From NCBI GenBank assembly GCA_038228615.1, contig JBBRPC010000003.1, positions 1-46,603 on the forward strand: 46,603 nt of DNA, given 5' to 3'. Source of the DNA: Acidimicrobiia bacterium (GTDB taxonomy: Bacteria; Actinomycetota; Acidimicrobiia; IMCC26256; PALSA-610). The translations under genes were made by a program, and so were the position numbers. How positions within the stretch are numbered: the stretch's first letter is position 1; each line of letters starts with the position of its first letter. Below the pieces are notes generated by a model, which saw only the letters and a program-made list of their open reading frames with translations, was not told where the DNA came from and ran no database searches. Shown here piece by piece: positions 8,579 to 18,334 of the stretch.

Positions 8579-11500
8579 TTACCGGAACCGCAATGTCCGC
8601 AGCTCGTAGGGACGGAACGAAACGGTCGCAACCGTCGTCGCGATGCGCTCAAATTCCGTGACATCTTCGAGGAGTCCGACTACCGCGACGTCGTTGGCCG
8701 TGGGCACACCAATGACATCGACTTCAGGCTGGTCGCCGGGCGGCCCAACACGTTGACCGGTGCGTTCAAAGACGCGAACGATGAGGTCACCTGACTGGTC
8801 GTCGGCGCGTTTCACCGCGCTCACTTCGAGGGCATCGTGAGCAACCGTCACGAGCGGACCAGGAGCACGTTCGGCGCGTCCACACACCACGCGCAGCGGC
8901 TCATTCAGCGCCTCGGCCTCGCGCACGACAACCTCGCGATCGCCGCAATGAGGTAACAAACTGACGGTCGTATGATGCTGACCTCGATCGGCGCGCGGGT
9001 CGGGCCATTTGGGAGCGCGTTGCAATGTCACCCTGATCGCATCACCTTGGATCGCGTGGCCATAGCGACCCGTATCCAGCACCGCTACCCCGAAGTTCGG
9101 CTCGCTCACATCGACCCATCGATGAGCACAGACCTCGAATTTGGCCGCGTCCCAACTCGTATTCGCAAACCGAGGTCGCGAAACGGCACCAAATTGGATC
9201 CCACAATCGACGCGATCGCTTTGTACATCGAGCGGAAACGCTATCGAGAGGATCCGCTCGTCTTCGTGCCAATCGATATCCAACTCGATATCGAGGCGCG
9301 AAGAACCGGCGCGCATGACATACGTCTGGGTGAGCGCCGAATCGCCAAACGATCGTTGCACACGCACACGACCCACAAGCGGCCCCTGGTCTTGCACCAG
9401 GATCGCGTCGCAATCATCGATCACACTCGTAGAACGCCGGGACCAATGTTCGAGATCCCAGGCGTCGTATTCGTTGGGAAAGTCGAGCGCGATTTCAATG
9501 CGCGCTCCCATCTGGCCGTGCGTGAACAGTTCTCGGCCAGTCACTCGGTCGAGCATCGAGACGAGCTCACCACGGTCGTTCCATCTGATCTCAATAGCAG
9601 CGTTCCGCATCGCATTTCCGTCGATCACGACAGCATCGGTCACAGTTCCGGCCGATGCTGCGGCCAGCGCAAGTCCGGGAACGACAGCCCGGAATGCGGT
9701 GCGTCCATCGACAAGCAACTGTGTTGCACCAGTTCCACACGGCGCGACATCACTCACCACAATCTCGTCCCGTCGATGGGTCGAACTGTTCGACAGCGTT
9801 GGGGTCGGTGGCGCGAGCCGTTGAAGTGCTGCATCGATGAGCGCTTCAAGTTGCGGAACGAGCCTGGCATATACCTCGGCTGTGTCCTCGTAGACCCACG
9901 CGATCGAAGAGCCTGGAATGATGTCGTGGAACTGCTGCAGCAGCACCTCCTTCCAAATCGCATCAAACGTTGCATGTGGATAGTCGCCGGGTACATCTTG
10001 GGCGACAAACGACCACCACAGTTCGGCTTCGCGGAGCAGTCGTTCACAGGTTCGGTTGCCAACCTTCGTGTTCGACTGCGACGTGAGTGTTCCTCGGTGC
10101 ATCTCGAAGTAGAGCTCCCCGTGCCACTCTGGAATCGGGAACTCCGCACCTTCGGCTTCGATCTTGGCAAAGAAGTCGTCTGGAGTTCCTAAGTGCAGTC
10201 GGGGCAATCCGTCGAGATCACGCGTGCGATGCGCGCGTTCCAACATTTCACGCGTCGGTCCTCCACCACCGTCGCCATATCCAAACGGCATCAGCGACCA
10301 GTTGCTCCAACCCTTGTCGGAAAAATTCGCCTGGGCGTATGCCAGCTCGACAGGATCAACCTCGGCGTTATAGGTATCGACCGGCGGAAAGTGGGTGAGC
10401 ACGCTCGTGCCATCGATGCCAAACCATCGAAAGGTGTGGTGTGGCATCTTGTTTTGTTTGTTCCACGACAACTTCTGGGTGATGAAACGATCGCAGCCAC
10501 CAGCCGAAAAGATCTGAGGCAACGAGGCCGGATATCCGAACACATCCGGTATCCACACCTCCTCACATCGCGCTCCAAAGCGCGACTCAAAGTACCGCTG
10601 GCCGTGAACCAGCTGACGGGCGATCGATTCACCGCTCGGAAGATTCATGTCGGCCTCGACCCACATACCACCCACCGGAATCCACTGACCAGCGTCGACC
10701 TTCGCGACGATGTCGGCAAACACGTTCGGATAGAGACGCTCCATCCAGTCGTACTGCGCAGCTTGAGAACAGACGAACTTGTATTCCGGATATTCGTTCA
10801 TCAACTCGATGGCTGAAGAAAACGTCCGTGAACACTTGCGTACCGTTTCGCGCACGGGCCACAGCCACGCGGAGTCGATATGAGCGTGTCCGACCCCGAC
10901 GATGTTGTGCGCGCTCGCTCGCGCGGGAACGGCAAGGGTCGGTGCCAACGTCAAGCGCGCTGCACCTGCCGACCCGACCACATCATCAAGATCAAGTTCG
11001 TCGAAGGCTCGTTCCAGCGCACGCAATATCTGGTGGCGGCGGGGATCTTCGAGCGACAACATCATCATCGTCTTTTCGAGCACCTCGATATCGAGGCACA
11101 ACGCATGCACTTCGCGCCGATACACACACAGATCGGCACGACGAAGGCGGTAGATCGAAGCGTTCCCTGCGGTGCTCCTCGAGCCCATTGGAGTTGGCAA
11201 CGTTCCACCAAAACCAGGATTCGAAGCCGCCTCGACCGTCATCGAGATCGTCGTTCCCGCCACCGCATCTCGCAACGGCACGGCACGCCGCATTGGATGA
11301 ATGCTGCAGCGAGGTCCACCGGCCGCGACCCATACCGACCCTTCCGATTGGAACCCTGGGCTGTGCGGCGCGAAACCCAAATCGATGATGGCTTCGATTT
11401 CTTGACCGTCCCAGTCGGCCGGAATCGCGCCTTCCAGCTTGAACCACGTCGTTCCCCACGGCTTCCCCCAGCCTGCACCAATCGTGAACGGTACGTAGCT

Positions 11501-11653
11501 CGCGGCCATGGCTTCCTCGAAGCTGATTGGCTCCCCGGGAACCTCGAACGCGGCGACCGTCATCGGGACGGCCGGGCCGTGCACCGCGGGAACTATCCGT
11601 TGTTCGACTGCGCGCCGAATTCGCGCCTCTACGAGCGTCCGGTCATCATGCAT
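8579..11653 (-). CDS. Alpha-mannosidase, glycoside hydrolase family 38
   Basis: GHAHIDSAWLWP Zn site, WIPDVFG nucleophile, GYGDGGGGPT, QFHDIIPGS, AKFEVCAH. Likely start MHDDR at 11653. Confidence 0.93.
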   Translation of the reverse strand: MHDDRTLVEARIRRAVEQRIVPAVHGPAVPMTVAAFEVPGEPISFEEAMAASYVPFTIGAGWGKPWGTTWFKLEGAIPADWDGQEIEAIIDLGFAPHSPGFQSEGSVWVAAGGPRCSIHPMRRAVPLRDAVAGTTISMTVEAASNPGFGGTLPTPMGSRSTAGNASIYRLRRADLCVYRREVHALCLDIEVLEKTMMMLSLEDPRRHQILRALERAFDELDLDDVVGSAGAARLTLAPTLAVPARASAHNIVGVGHAHIDSAWLWPVRETVRKCSRTFSSAIELMNEYPEYKFVCSQAAQYDWMERLYPNVFADIVAKVDAGQWIPVGGMWVEADMNLPSGESIARQLVHGQRYFESRFGARCEEVWIPDVFGYPASLPQIFSAGGCDRFITQKLSWNKQNKMPHHTFRWFGIDGTSVLTHFPPVDTYNAEVDPVELAYAQANFSDKGWSNWSLMPFGYGDGGGGPTREMLERAHRTRDLDGLPRLHLGTPDDFFAKIEAEGAEFPIPEWHGELYFEMHRGTLTSQSNTKVGNRTCERLLREAELWWSFVAQDVPGDYPHATFDAIWKEVLLQQFHDIIPGSSIAWVYEDTAEVYARLVPQLEALIDAALQRLAPPTPTLSNSSTHRRDEIVVSDVAPCGTGATQLLVDGRTAFRAVVPGLALAAASAGTVTDAVVIDGNAMRNAAIEIRWNDRGELVSMLDRVTGRELFTHGQMGARIEIALDFPNEYDAWDLEHWSRRSTSVIDDCDAILVQDQGPLVGRVRVQRSFGDSALTQTYVMRAGSSRLDIELDIDWHEDERILSIAFPLDVQSDRVDCGIQFGAVSRPRFANTSWDAAKFEVCAHRWVDVSEPNFGVAVLDTGRYGHAIQGDAIRVTLQRAPKWPDPRADRGQHHTTVSLLPHCGDREVVVREAEALNEPLRVVCGRAERAPGPLVTVAHDALEVSAVKRADDQSGDLIVRVFERTGQRVGPPGDQPEVDVIGVPTANDVAVVGLLEDVTEFERIATTVATVSFRPYELRTLRFR

Positions 11654-11737
11654 TTCGACATCTTGGCCTACGGTTCTGCGGATGGTCGACACACGGCGTC
11701 CGAAATCTGCGATCGCGACCGTGCGTTGATCGCAGCG

Positions 11738-12748
11738 ATGCACTGGTTGCCCACCCACGACGCAGTCGTACTCGGCCTCGTGTGCGGTTCGGTTGGTGTC
11801 CCGTTGCGTGTCGCCACGACAACACCGAGGTGGCTCGCTGCCAGCGGCGCGGTGCTGCGCGAGCTTGCTCTCGTACTCGGGCTGTACGCGATCTGGGGAT
11901 ATGCCGGACAGCTTGCGGCAACACAACCAACTGGTGCGGTCCGGCACGGACAATGGGTGTGGGACGCCGAACGCTGGCTGCACCTCCCCAATGAACACGC
12001 CATGCAGCAATGGCTGCTCCCACATGAACTGGCCGTCAAGACGCTCAACCTCTACTACGCGTTCGCGCACGCGCCGTCGCTGCTGATGTTCTTAGTTTGG
12101 TTGTACTTCCGTCACCGCGATCGATATCCGCTCTGGCGATCGACGTTGGCATTCCTCACGCTCAGCTGTCTGCTCGTGCAGTTGATCCCGGTCGCACCGC
12201 CTCGCCTCGTCCCCGATCTGCACATGATCGACACCGGCGTCCGCTATCGCCAGTCGGTGTACCCGCCCCTCGGCCACGCCGGTCCTGACCAATTTTCGGC
12301 CATGCCGTCGCTGCACATCGGCTGGGCAGCGCTCTTCACGATTGCCGCGATTGCCGTGAGCCGCAGTCGGTGGCGTTGGTGCATGCTCGGTCATCTGGCG
12401 ATGACCTTCGCCGCCGTGACGCTCACCGCGAATCACTATTGGCTCGACGGAATCGTCGCGATCGGGCTCATCGCAACGAGCATGCTCCTCACGATCGGCC
12501 TCCAAAGACTCTCGCACCGCGTGACACAACTTCGGGGGAACAGGCATGGCATGCTTTCGCCATGGAGTTATACGACGTCATGCGCACCCTTGGGTCGGTT
12601 CGAGCGTTCGAAGATCGGCCAGTCCCACAACAGATCATTCGTCGCGTCTTCGACAACGCACGGTTCGCGGGGAGTGGGGGGAACCGCCAGGGTTGGCACG
12701 TGGTCGTGCTCGAATCTCCTGCCGTTCGAGCTGAGATCGCACGCCTGA
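11738..12748 (+). CDS. PAP2-family membrane protein (Aur1/Ipt1-like phosphotransferase/phosphatase)
   Basis: PVAPPR, SAMPSLHIGW, NHYWLDG motifs and several TM helices. Start re-assigned from 10880; the C-terminal tail overlaps the next gene. Confidence 0.82.
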   Translation: MHWLPTHDAVVLGLVCGSVGVPLRVATTTPRWLAASGAVLRELALVLGLYAIWGYAGQLAATQPTGAVRHGQWVWDAERWLHLPNEHAMQQWLLPHELAVKTLNLYYAFAHAPSLLMFLVWLYFRHRDRYPLWRSTLAFLTLSCLLVQLIPVAPPRLVPDLHMIDTGVRYRQSVYPPLGHAGPDQFSAMPSLHIGWAALFTIAAIAVSRSRWRWCMLGHLAMTFAAVTLTANHYWLDGIVAIGLIATSMLLTIGLQRLSHRVTQLRGNRHGMLSPWSYTTSCAPLGRFERSKIGQSHNRSFVASSTTHGSRGVGGTARVGTWSCSNLLPFELRSHA

Positions 12749-13263
12749 GCGACATCGGGTTTCGCGAGTATTACGCGCAGGCCGCCGCGGGATTCGTTCC
12801 GTTCGCGCCAGGCGACGACGGTCGCTGGCACGGAACACCGATCGATTTGGTTGCAGCGCGAGCCAACGCCGTGGAGAACCCTTTCGCATCGGTGATACAA
12901 CACGCCCCCGTGCTGCTGTTGGTGACGGTCGATCTCCGCACGCTTGCCGTCACGGATATCGACGCCGATCATCTCAGCATTGTCGGTGGAGCGTCCGTGT
13001 ATCCCTTCGTCCACAACCTGCTGTTGGCAGCACGCAACGAAGGCCTCGCTGGCGTGTTGACGACGTTTGTGTGTCGAGCGGAGTCGGCCGTGCGCACACT
13101 CGTGCGACTCCCCGATTCTCATTCGGTCGCGGCGCTCATTCCGCTTGGTTTTCCAGTGCACCAGCCCACAAAGCTGCGACGCAAAGCGGTCGCCGAGATC
13201 GTGACGATCGACCATTTCGACGGGCCAGCGTTCACAGATCATCTCCCCACCGACGACCAATGA
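12562..13263 (+). CDS. Nitroreductase family protein
   Basis: MELYDVMRT...VRAF, AGSGGNRQGW, NLLLAARNEGL, IPLGFP. Confidence 0.9.
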   Translation: MELYDVMRTLGSVRAFEDRPVPQQIIRRVFDNARFAGSGGNRQGWHVVVLESPAVRAEIARLSDIGFREYYAQAAAGFVPFAPGDDGRWHGTPIDLVAARANAVENPFASVIQHAPVLLLVTVDLRTLAVTDIDADHLSIVGGASVYPFVHNLLLAARNEGLAGVLTTFVCRAESAVRTLVRLPDSHSVAALIPLGFPVHQPTKLRRKAVAEIVTIDHFDGPAFTDHLPTDDQ

Positions 13264-13278
13264 ACGAACGCGTCAGCG

Positions 13279-14532
13279 TCAAGCGTCGATGTTGAACTGC
13301 CAGCGGGCAGTGCCGCTGATTTTCGCGAGAGCAACCGATTGCGGTTCCGTCGCTGGCTCGGCGTTTGCGCCATCGTTGAGTTTCACAGCAATCGTGATCG
13401 CAGCGCCAGTATTCACGCATGACTCCACAACCGCGAGCGGTTCGAGCGGATGCAACATTGCTGCAATGCCAGCGGTCTCACCTCGCGCAAGTTGTCCGAT
13501 CCAACCAAACTGGTCGACGTCAAGCAACGCAGGAAACTCAGGGGTCAGTGTCAATATGACGCGCGATCCGTCAACCTGAACTTCACGTTCGAACCCAGGC
13601 GGAAACCCCGGGTGAATCGCGAGCAAGGGCGCGATCACGTCGACCCCACCGCCAGCGATATCGAGCGCCGCCGCAATGCGTTCGGATGCAACCCACGACG
13701 TCGCGACCCACTGTTCAAGATCGATCGCACGAGCCACGTCTGCGCCGAACCGGTCAGCGATCGTCGACTCCGAGGCGGCCGTGAGCAAATGCACTTGCAT
13801 CTGAAATTCGTGCATGACCGCAACCAGAAGATCCGTCGACAAATCGGTGAGACGCAATGCCGGATTCAGATCACCTCGGTAGTCGGCAAGACCATCGTCG
13901 AGTCGCTCCGTGCCACACACAATTGCGACATTGCACAGTGGGAACTCCGCGACGCGCAGCGTGTGCGGAGCGACCGAAACTGGGTCGCGCCCTGGATCAA
14001 TATCGATAGTCCAGTGGCAATGCGGGTGACGGTCGCTTGGCGTACGCGGAGGGCGATGCACCGGACGGATCTGGGCGCGAGGATTCGTCGCAAAGGCGGT
14101 CGCGTCGAACGTGGGATCCTCGATGTGATGACACATGCCCACGACGCGCGCCTCGCCGTGCGGCTCCACATCCAGCAGCGCACCACAATGATTCAACCAA
14201 AACTCGCCATGTTGCGCGTCGTGGACCTGATACGCGACATCCATGTATTGATGCACGAAGCCAACATCAAGTTGCAAGCCTTTGATCATCGCAGCAACAT
14301 CGTCGCCGTCGATACCGAGCAAGGATCTGAGGCGTGCGGTGTAGTTCGGACTTGCTCCCATCCACTCGTCGATAGCGATGTTGTCGACATCATCGAACGA
14401 TTGACTGTGCAAGAACACTTGCGGCATGAGCGCACGGTCGATGAGATGTCCGGTCATCATGTATTCGTATGCGAGCGGAAGCAGCTCAATTCGGCTGAGC
14501 TGTTCCAGCAGCGGCGCTGTCGGGGGTGTCAT
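13279..14532 (-). CDS. Hypothetical protein with apparent internal duplication and Cys/His motifs (V4R/HNOB-like fold suspected)
   Basis: 417-aa ORF; HCGAL, MCHHIEDPTFD and HPHCHW in the first half; the second half repeats the LS..L...H...W..S pattern. Confidence 0.7.
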   Translation of the reverse strand: MTPPTAPLLEQLSRIELLPLAYEYMMTGHLIDRALMPQVFLHSQSFDDVDNIAIDEWMGASPNYTARLRSLLGIDGDDVAAMIKGLQLDVGFVHQYMDVAYQVHDAQHGEFWLNHCGALLDVEPHGEARVVGMCHHIEDPTFDATAFATNPRAQIRPVHRPPRTPSDRHPHCHWTIDIDPGRDPVSVAPHTLRVAEFPLCNVAIVCGTERLDDGLADYRGDLNPALRLTDLSTDLLVAVMHEFQMQVHLLTAASESTIADRFGADVARAIDLEQWVATSWVASERIAAALDIAGGGVDVIAPLLAIHPGFPPGFEREVQVDGSRVILTLTPEFPALLDVDQFGWIGQLARGETAGIAAMLHPLEPLAVVESCVNTGAAITIAVKLNDGANAEPATEPQSVALAKISGTARWQFNIDA

Positions 14533-14653
14533 GCCTGCACTCTGACCCGCGTCGTCCGTCGTTCACAAATAGAAGCTGTCCATGCGCAGAATCGACATGC
14601 CAGATCGGGCGCAATTTAGTAGGATGCAGACCGTGGCAGGCTGAGTGCTCTTC

Positions 14654-14697
14654 CAATACGAGCAATACGAGCAATACGAGAATACGAGCAATACGAG
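14654..14697 (+). repeat. 9-bp tandem repeat (caatacgag)x5, 4th copy lacks its first C
   Basis: Read directly; flanked by a gtgctc/gagcac inverted pair. Confidence 0.95.
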
Positions 14698-14760
14698 CAC
14701 CGTTCGTATGAGTCTCCACCGGCGTGCGATCACCGGCGTCGACCTGGGAAGGCAATCATC

Positions 14761-16410
14761 GTGGCATCAGCTGGCGTGACATTGGTGGGGCGTTCGATTA
14801 CCAAGAACTTCGGTCCGCATCGCGTGCTCAGCGACATTTCGATCCTGCTTGCACCTGGTCGCAAAGTGGGGATCGTCGCGCCGAACGGCACGGGAAAGAG
14901 CACCCTCCTCAAGGTCCTCGCGGGCATCGAGCCAGCCGACTCTGGCACCGTCACGCTCGCGCCGCCCACCGCGACGGTGGGCTACCTCCCGCAAGAACCG
15001 ACACGCGATGACGCCGAGAGCCTCATGGCGTTTCTGGCGCGGCGGTCGGGGGTCACGCAGGCGACGGCCGATTTCGAAAGGGCCGCTGCCGCATTGGCGG
15101 TAGGCGCGACGGGTTCCGACGACACATACTCAGAAGCGCTCGATCGTTTTCTTGCGCTCGGAGCGGCCGAGTTCGACGCGCGAGCTGCTGAGGTCTGCGC
15201 CGAGGTCGGCTTGCCGTCACGATTGTTCGAAGTACCGATGACTGCGCTGTCGGGTGGCCAAGCGGCGAGGGCTTCGCTCGCAAGCATCATGTTGGCGCGC
15301 TTTGACGTGTTCTTGCTTGACGAACCAACGAATGATCTCGACTTCGCAGGCCTCGAAATGCTGGAACATTTTGTGCAGTATCTCCCCGTTGGGCTGGCAG
15401 TGGTCTCGCACGATCGCGCGTTCCTCGAACGCACAATCAATGCCGTCGTCGAGATCGACAATCATGCTCGGACCGCACAGGAATTCGGCGGAGGATGGGT
15501 CGCGTTTCTTGAGGAACGCCAGACTGCCCGCCGTCATGCGCAAGAAGCTTTCGCGAACTACACCGAACAACGCGACACGCTGCTGAGTCGGTCGCAACGC
15601 GAACGCCAGTGGGCAACCGCAGGAGTCAACAAGGTCAAAAAGAGTGGCGAAACCGACAAATACATCCGCCACTTCAACACCGCGTCGAGTGAACACCTCG
15701 CGGGCAAAGCGAAACGCACCGAGCAGATGATTGAACGCCTGGACGTTGTCGACAAACCATGGGAAGGCTGGGACCTACGCTTCGAAATCGCGGCAGCACC
15801 GCGCGCTGGCGCGGTGACGGCGCGCCTCGATGCCGCGTGCGTGACGCGCGGCGGCTTCACCCTTGGCCCAATCACGCTATTGATCGGCAGCGGAGAGCGC
15901 GTGGCGATTGTGGGTGCAAACGGGAGCGGTAAGTCGACGCTCCTCGCCGCGCTCCTCAACACACTCCCGCTCGACTCCGGAACGCGGAGTCTTGGCCCCG
16001 GTGTTGTACTCGGAACGCTCGGGCAATCACGTGATCGGTTTGGCGATGCCGCACTGCTCGATGCATTCATCGGAGAGACTGACCTCATCATCAATGAAGC
16101 GCGCGCGTTGCTCGCCAAGTTCTCGCTCACGACCGAACACGTCACCCGCAGCGCGCGTTCGCTGTCGCCGGGCGAACGTACGCGTGCCGAACTCGCATTG
16201 TTCATGGCTCACGGCGTGAATTGCATCGTGCTCGACGAACCAACCAACCATCTCGACCTCACGGCGATCGAACAACTCGAAATCGCGATGGAATCCTTCG
16301 CGGGCACATTGATCGTGGTGAGCCACGACCGCCGACTCCTCGATTCACTCTCGCTTACCCGGCGCATCGAACTTGACGAAGGCAAGGTCGTAGCCGACAT
16401 ACCGATGTAA
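14761..16410 (+). CDS. ABC-F family ATP-binding protein (ribosome-associated)
   Basis: Two ABC domains (APNGTGKST/LSGGQ/LLDEPTN and GANGSGKST/LSPGE/VLDEPTN) with an interdomain linker and no TM segments. Confidence 0.92.
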   Translation: MASAGVTLVGRSITKNFGPHRVLSDISILLAPGRKVGIVAPNGTGKSTLLKVLAGIEPADSGTVTLAPPTATVGYLPQEPTRDDAESLMAFLARRSGVTQATADFERAAAALAVGATGSDDTYSEALDRFLALGAAEFDARAAEVCAEVGLPSRLFEVPMTALSGGQAARASLASIMLARFDVFLLDEPTNDLDFAGLEMLEHFVQYLPVGLAVVSHDRAFLERTINAVVEIDNHARTAQEFGGGWVAFLEERQTARRHAQEAFANYTEQRDTLLSRSQRERQWATAGVNKVKKSGETDKYIRHFNTASSEHLAGKAKRTEQMIERLDVVDKPWEGWDLRFEIAAAPRAGAVTARLDAACVTRGGFTLGPITLLIGSGERVAIVGANGSGKSTLLAALLNTLPLDSGTRSLGPGVVLGTLGQSRDRFGDAALLDAFIGETDLIINEARALLAKFSLTTEHVTRSARSLSPGERTRAELALFMAHGVNCIVLDEPTNHLDLTAIEQLEIAMESFAGTLIVVSHDRRLLDSLSLTRRIELDEGKVVADIPM

Positions 16411-16461
16411 AGCGGTGCTTGCACATTGGTCGCACGACTCTGCTTGCTCCAATTTCCAGCG

Positions 16462-17265
16462 TTAGTCGCGAAATACTGCCGGGCGTTGTTCTTTGCGAGC
16501 GACGATCGCCTCTTGGAAATTTTGGGTCGTGAGCCGTACGTAGAGCTGCGCTGTGCCTTCGTGGTCCATATGCGACCGCAAACTGCCGGCGTCAAGACTC
16601 GACCACAACATCCGTTTGGTCAGCTCGACGCCGATTCGGCTGTAGCCAACGATGCGTTCGGCGATCGTGTAGCACGCATCGAGCAAGGACCCCTCTTCGG
16701 CAACGGTCGACACCAAGCCGATGCGATCCGCTTCGTCGGCCAAGACATCACGACCTGTCAACATGATGTCGAACGCACGCGAAGCACCGATCGCGCGGGG
16801 CAACAGGTAGCTGATCCCGAGTTCTGATGCGGTCAGACCATTGTTGATTCCCGCGGCGCGAAAGTACGCCGCCGGAGACGCAACGCGAATGTCAGCGGTC
16901 ATCGCTAGGCAAAACCCGCCGCCGATCGCTGCTCCATTGATCGCTGCGATCACCGGCTGATGCAGCTTCGAGATTGCGACGATCACGTCGTCGAGAAGCT
17001 CCATCGCCCTGTGGGCGATCGTCGTTGGAGTGAGACCAGCAATATTGGGGACGATCCCAGAATCCTCGAGATCAGCTCCAGAGCAGAACCCATGGCCTGC
17101 GCCGGTGATCACAACCACCCGGGTGTCGTTGTCGCGACCGACGGCTTCCAGCGTCTCCCGCAATGGAATCATGACGTCGAATGCCATCGCATTCATGCGG
17201 TCGGGTCGATTCAACGTGATCAACGTGACGTGCGGTCGGGGTTTTGTGACGAGGATGAACGACAT
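16462..17265 (-). CDS. Enoyl-CoA hydratase/isomerase (crotonase family)
   Basis: LNRPDRMNA, FCSGADL, INGAAIGGG; start MSFIL at 17265. Confidence 0.9.
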   Translation of the reverse strand: MSFILVTKPRPHVTLITLNRPDRMNAMAFDVMIPLRETLEAVGRDNDTRVVVITGAGHGFCSGADLEDSGIVPNIAGLTPTTIAHRAMELLDDVIVAISKLHQPVIAAINGAAIGGGFCLAMTADIRVASPAAYFRAAGINNGLTASELGISYLLPRAIGASRAFDIMLTGRDVLADEADRIGLVSTVAEEGSLLDACYTIAERIVGYSRIGVELTKRMLWSSLDAGSLRSHMDHEGTAQLYVRLTTQNFQEAIVARKEQRPAVFRD

Positions 17266-17292
17266 GTCATGCAGTCTGTACGCTGGTGCCAC

Positions 17293-17670
17293 ATGAGCGC
17301 CAACAGTCGTGACCGCCAGCTCGCGCGCGTCCGCAGAGAATGCCTGAGCTTCCCCGAAGTGACCGAACGGTTGAGCCATGGCGCACCGTCGTTTTTCGTG
17401 CGCGACAAAAAGACGATCGCGATGTTTGTCGATGATCACCACGGAGATGGGATCCTCGGAATCTGGTGCGCCGCTTCACCCGGAGCACAGGCCGCGTCTA
17501 TCGAGTCAGATCCGCAACGCTTCTTCTTCCCCCCATACGTAGGTGGGCGGGGTTGGATAGGCGTGCGACTCGACCGCAAGGTCGAGGACGGTGAGCTCGG
17601 TGCCCTTCTCGAGGACGCGTATCGGTGCGTCGCTCCAAAAAAGCTCGTCGCCGAACTCGACGGTCAATGA
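17293..17670 (+). CDS. MmcQ/YjbR family protein
   Basis: SHGAPSFFVR, DDHHGDG, PPYVGGRGWIGVRL, EDAYRCVAP. Confidence 0.87.
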   Translation: MSANSRDRQLARVRRECLSFPEVTERLSHGAPSFFVRDKKTIAMFVDDHHGDGILGIWCAASPGAQAASIESDPQRFFFPPYVGGRGWIGVRLDRKVEDGELGALLEDAYRCVAPKKLVAELDGQ

Positions 17671-17695
17671 ACCGTCGCCGCTGTGCGATCTTGAG

Positions 17696-18247
17696 TTAAC
17701 CGACTTTTTTGCAGGTTGCTTTGTCGGTGTGCGCGAATCGTCCACCCGATTCGGCTTGATCAAGCCACGTCGTCTGGTCGTAGGTATACGTGGAGCCGTC
17801 TCCGGTCACGGTGCACTCGTAGTCGGTGACCTTCGCAGCACCGTTGAGATACGGATTGGACAAGATGCCGTAGTCGAGCTTGCCCAACTCCGCGGTGAGC
17901 TTGAACGTGGTATCGCTGGCCGTCGCGGACCCGCCACCGAATACGACCGAACCACGCGGCACCATGAAACAGCGCATGACCTGACCCGCCGCTGCATCCC
18001 ACAACCAGTAGCCGATTTCAGTATGGAACGGGTTTTCTTCATCGTCGCGCCACATCGCTGCCCGATAGTCGAGTCCCATCAGCGCCTGCTTGCCGTTGTC
18101 GACAGGGCCGAACGGCTTGAACGAGGCCTTTTCCCGGTAGGGCGTCTCCCAGATCGTGCCGCGACTGTGTGAATATGCGACGTCGATTCCTTCGCCTTCC
18201 CAATCACCAATAAGTCCGGCAAGGGGACCAAATTCAACGTTGCTCAT
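17696..18247 (-). CDS. Nitrobindin/DUF1794-type heme-binding beta-barrel protein
   Basis: GPLAGLIGDWEG, PFHTEIGYWLWD, YGILSNPYL, C-terminal FAHTD (putative heme-ligating His). Confidence 0.82.
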   Translation of the reverse strand: MSNVEFGPLAGLIGDWEGEGIDVAYSHSRGTIWETPYREKASFKPFGPVDNGKQALMGLDYRAAMWRDDEENPFHTEIGYWLWDAAAGQVMRCFMVPRGSVVFGGGSATASDTTFKLTAELGKLDYGILSNPYLNGAAKVTDYECTVTGDGSTYTYDQTTWLDQAESGGRFAHTDKATCKKVG

Positions 18248-18334
18248 GCTGCAAATCCTTGTGGTGAGGCGCAAACCGCGACTAGTGGCGAAAAGAAGCA
18301 TCGTAGCGACTGATCAACGCGCGAGTATCCGAAC

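Noticed and set aside
10880-12070. Apparent long bidirectional overlap between the extended GH38 and PAP2 ORFs
   Set aside because: Artefact of longest-ORF starts; recognisable sequence starts at 11653 (-) and about 11738 (+), leaving a normal divergent spacer.
14654-14697. Repeat arrays here and at 20402 and 25035 as possible CRISPR or iterons
   Set aside because: Units are 9-14 bp, contiguous, without spacers; no cas or rep genes in the window.
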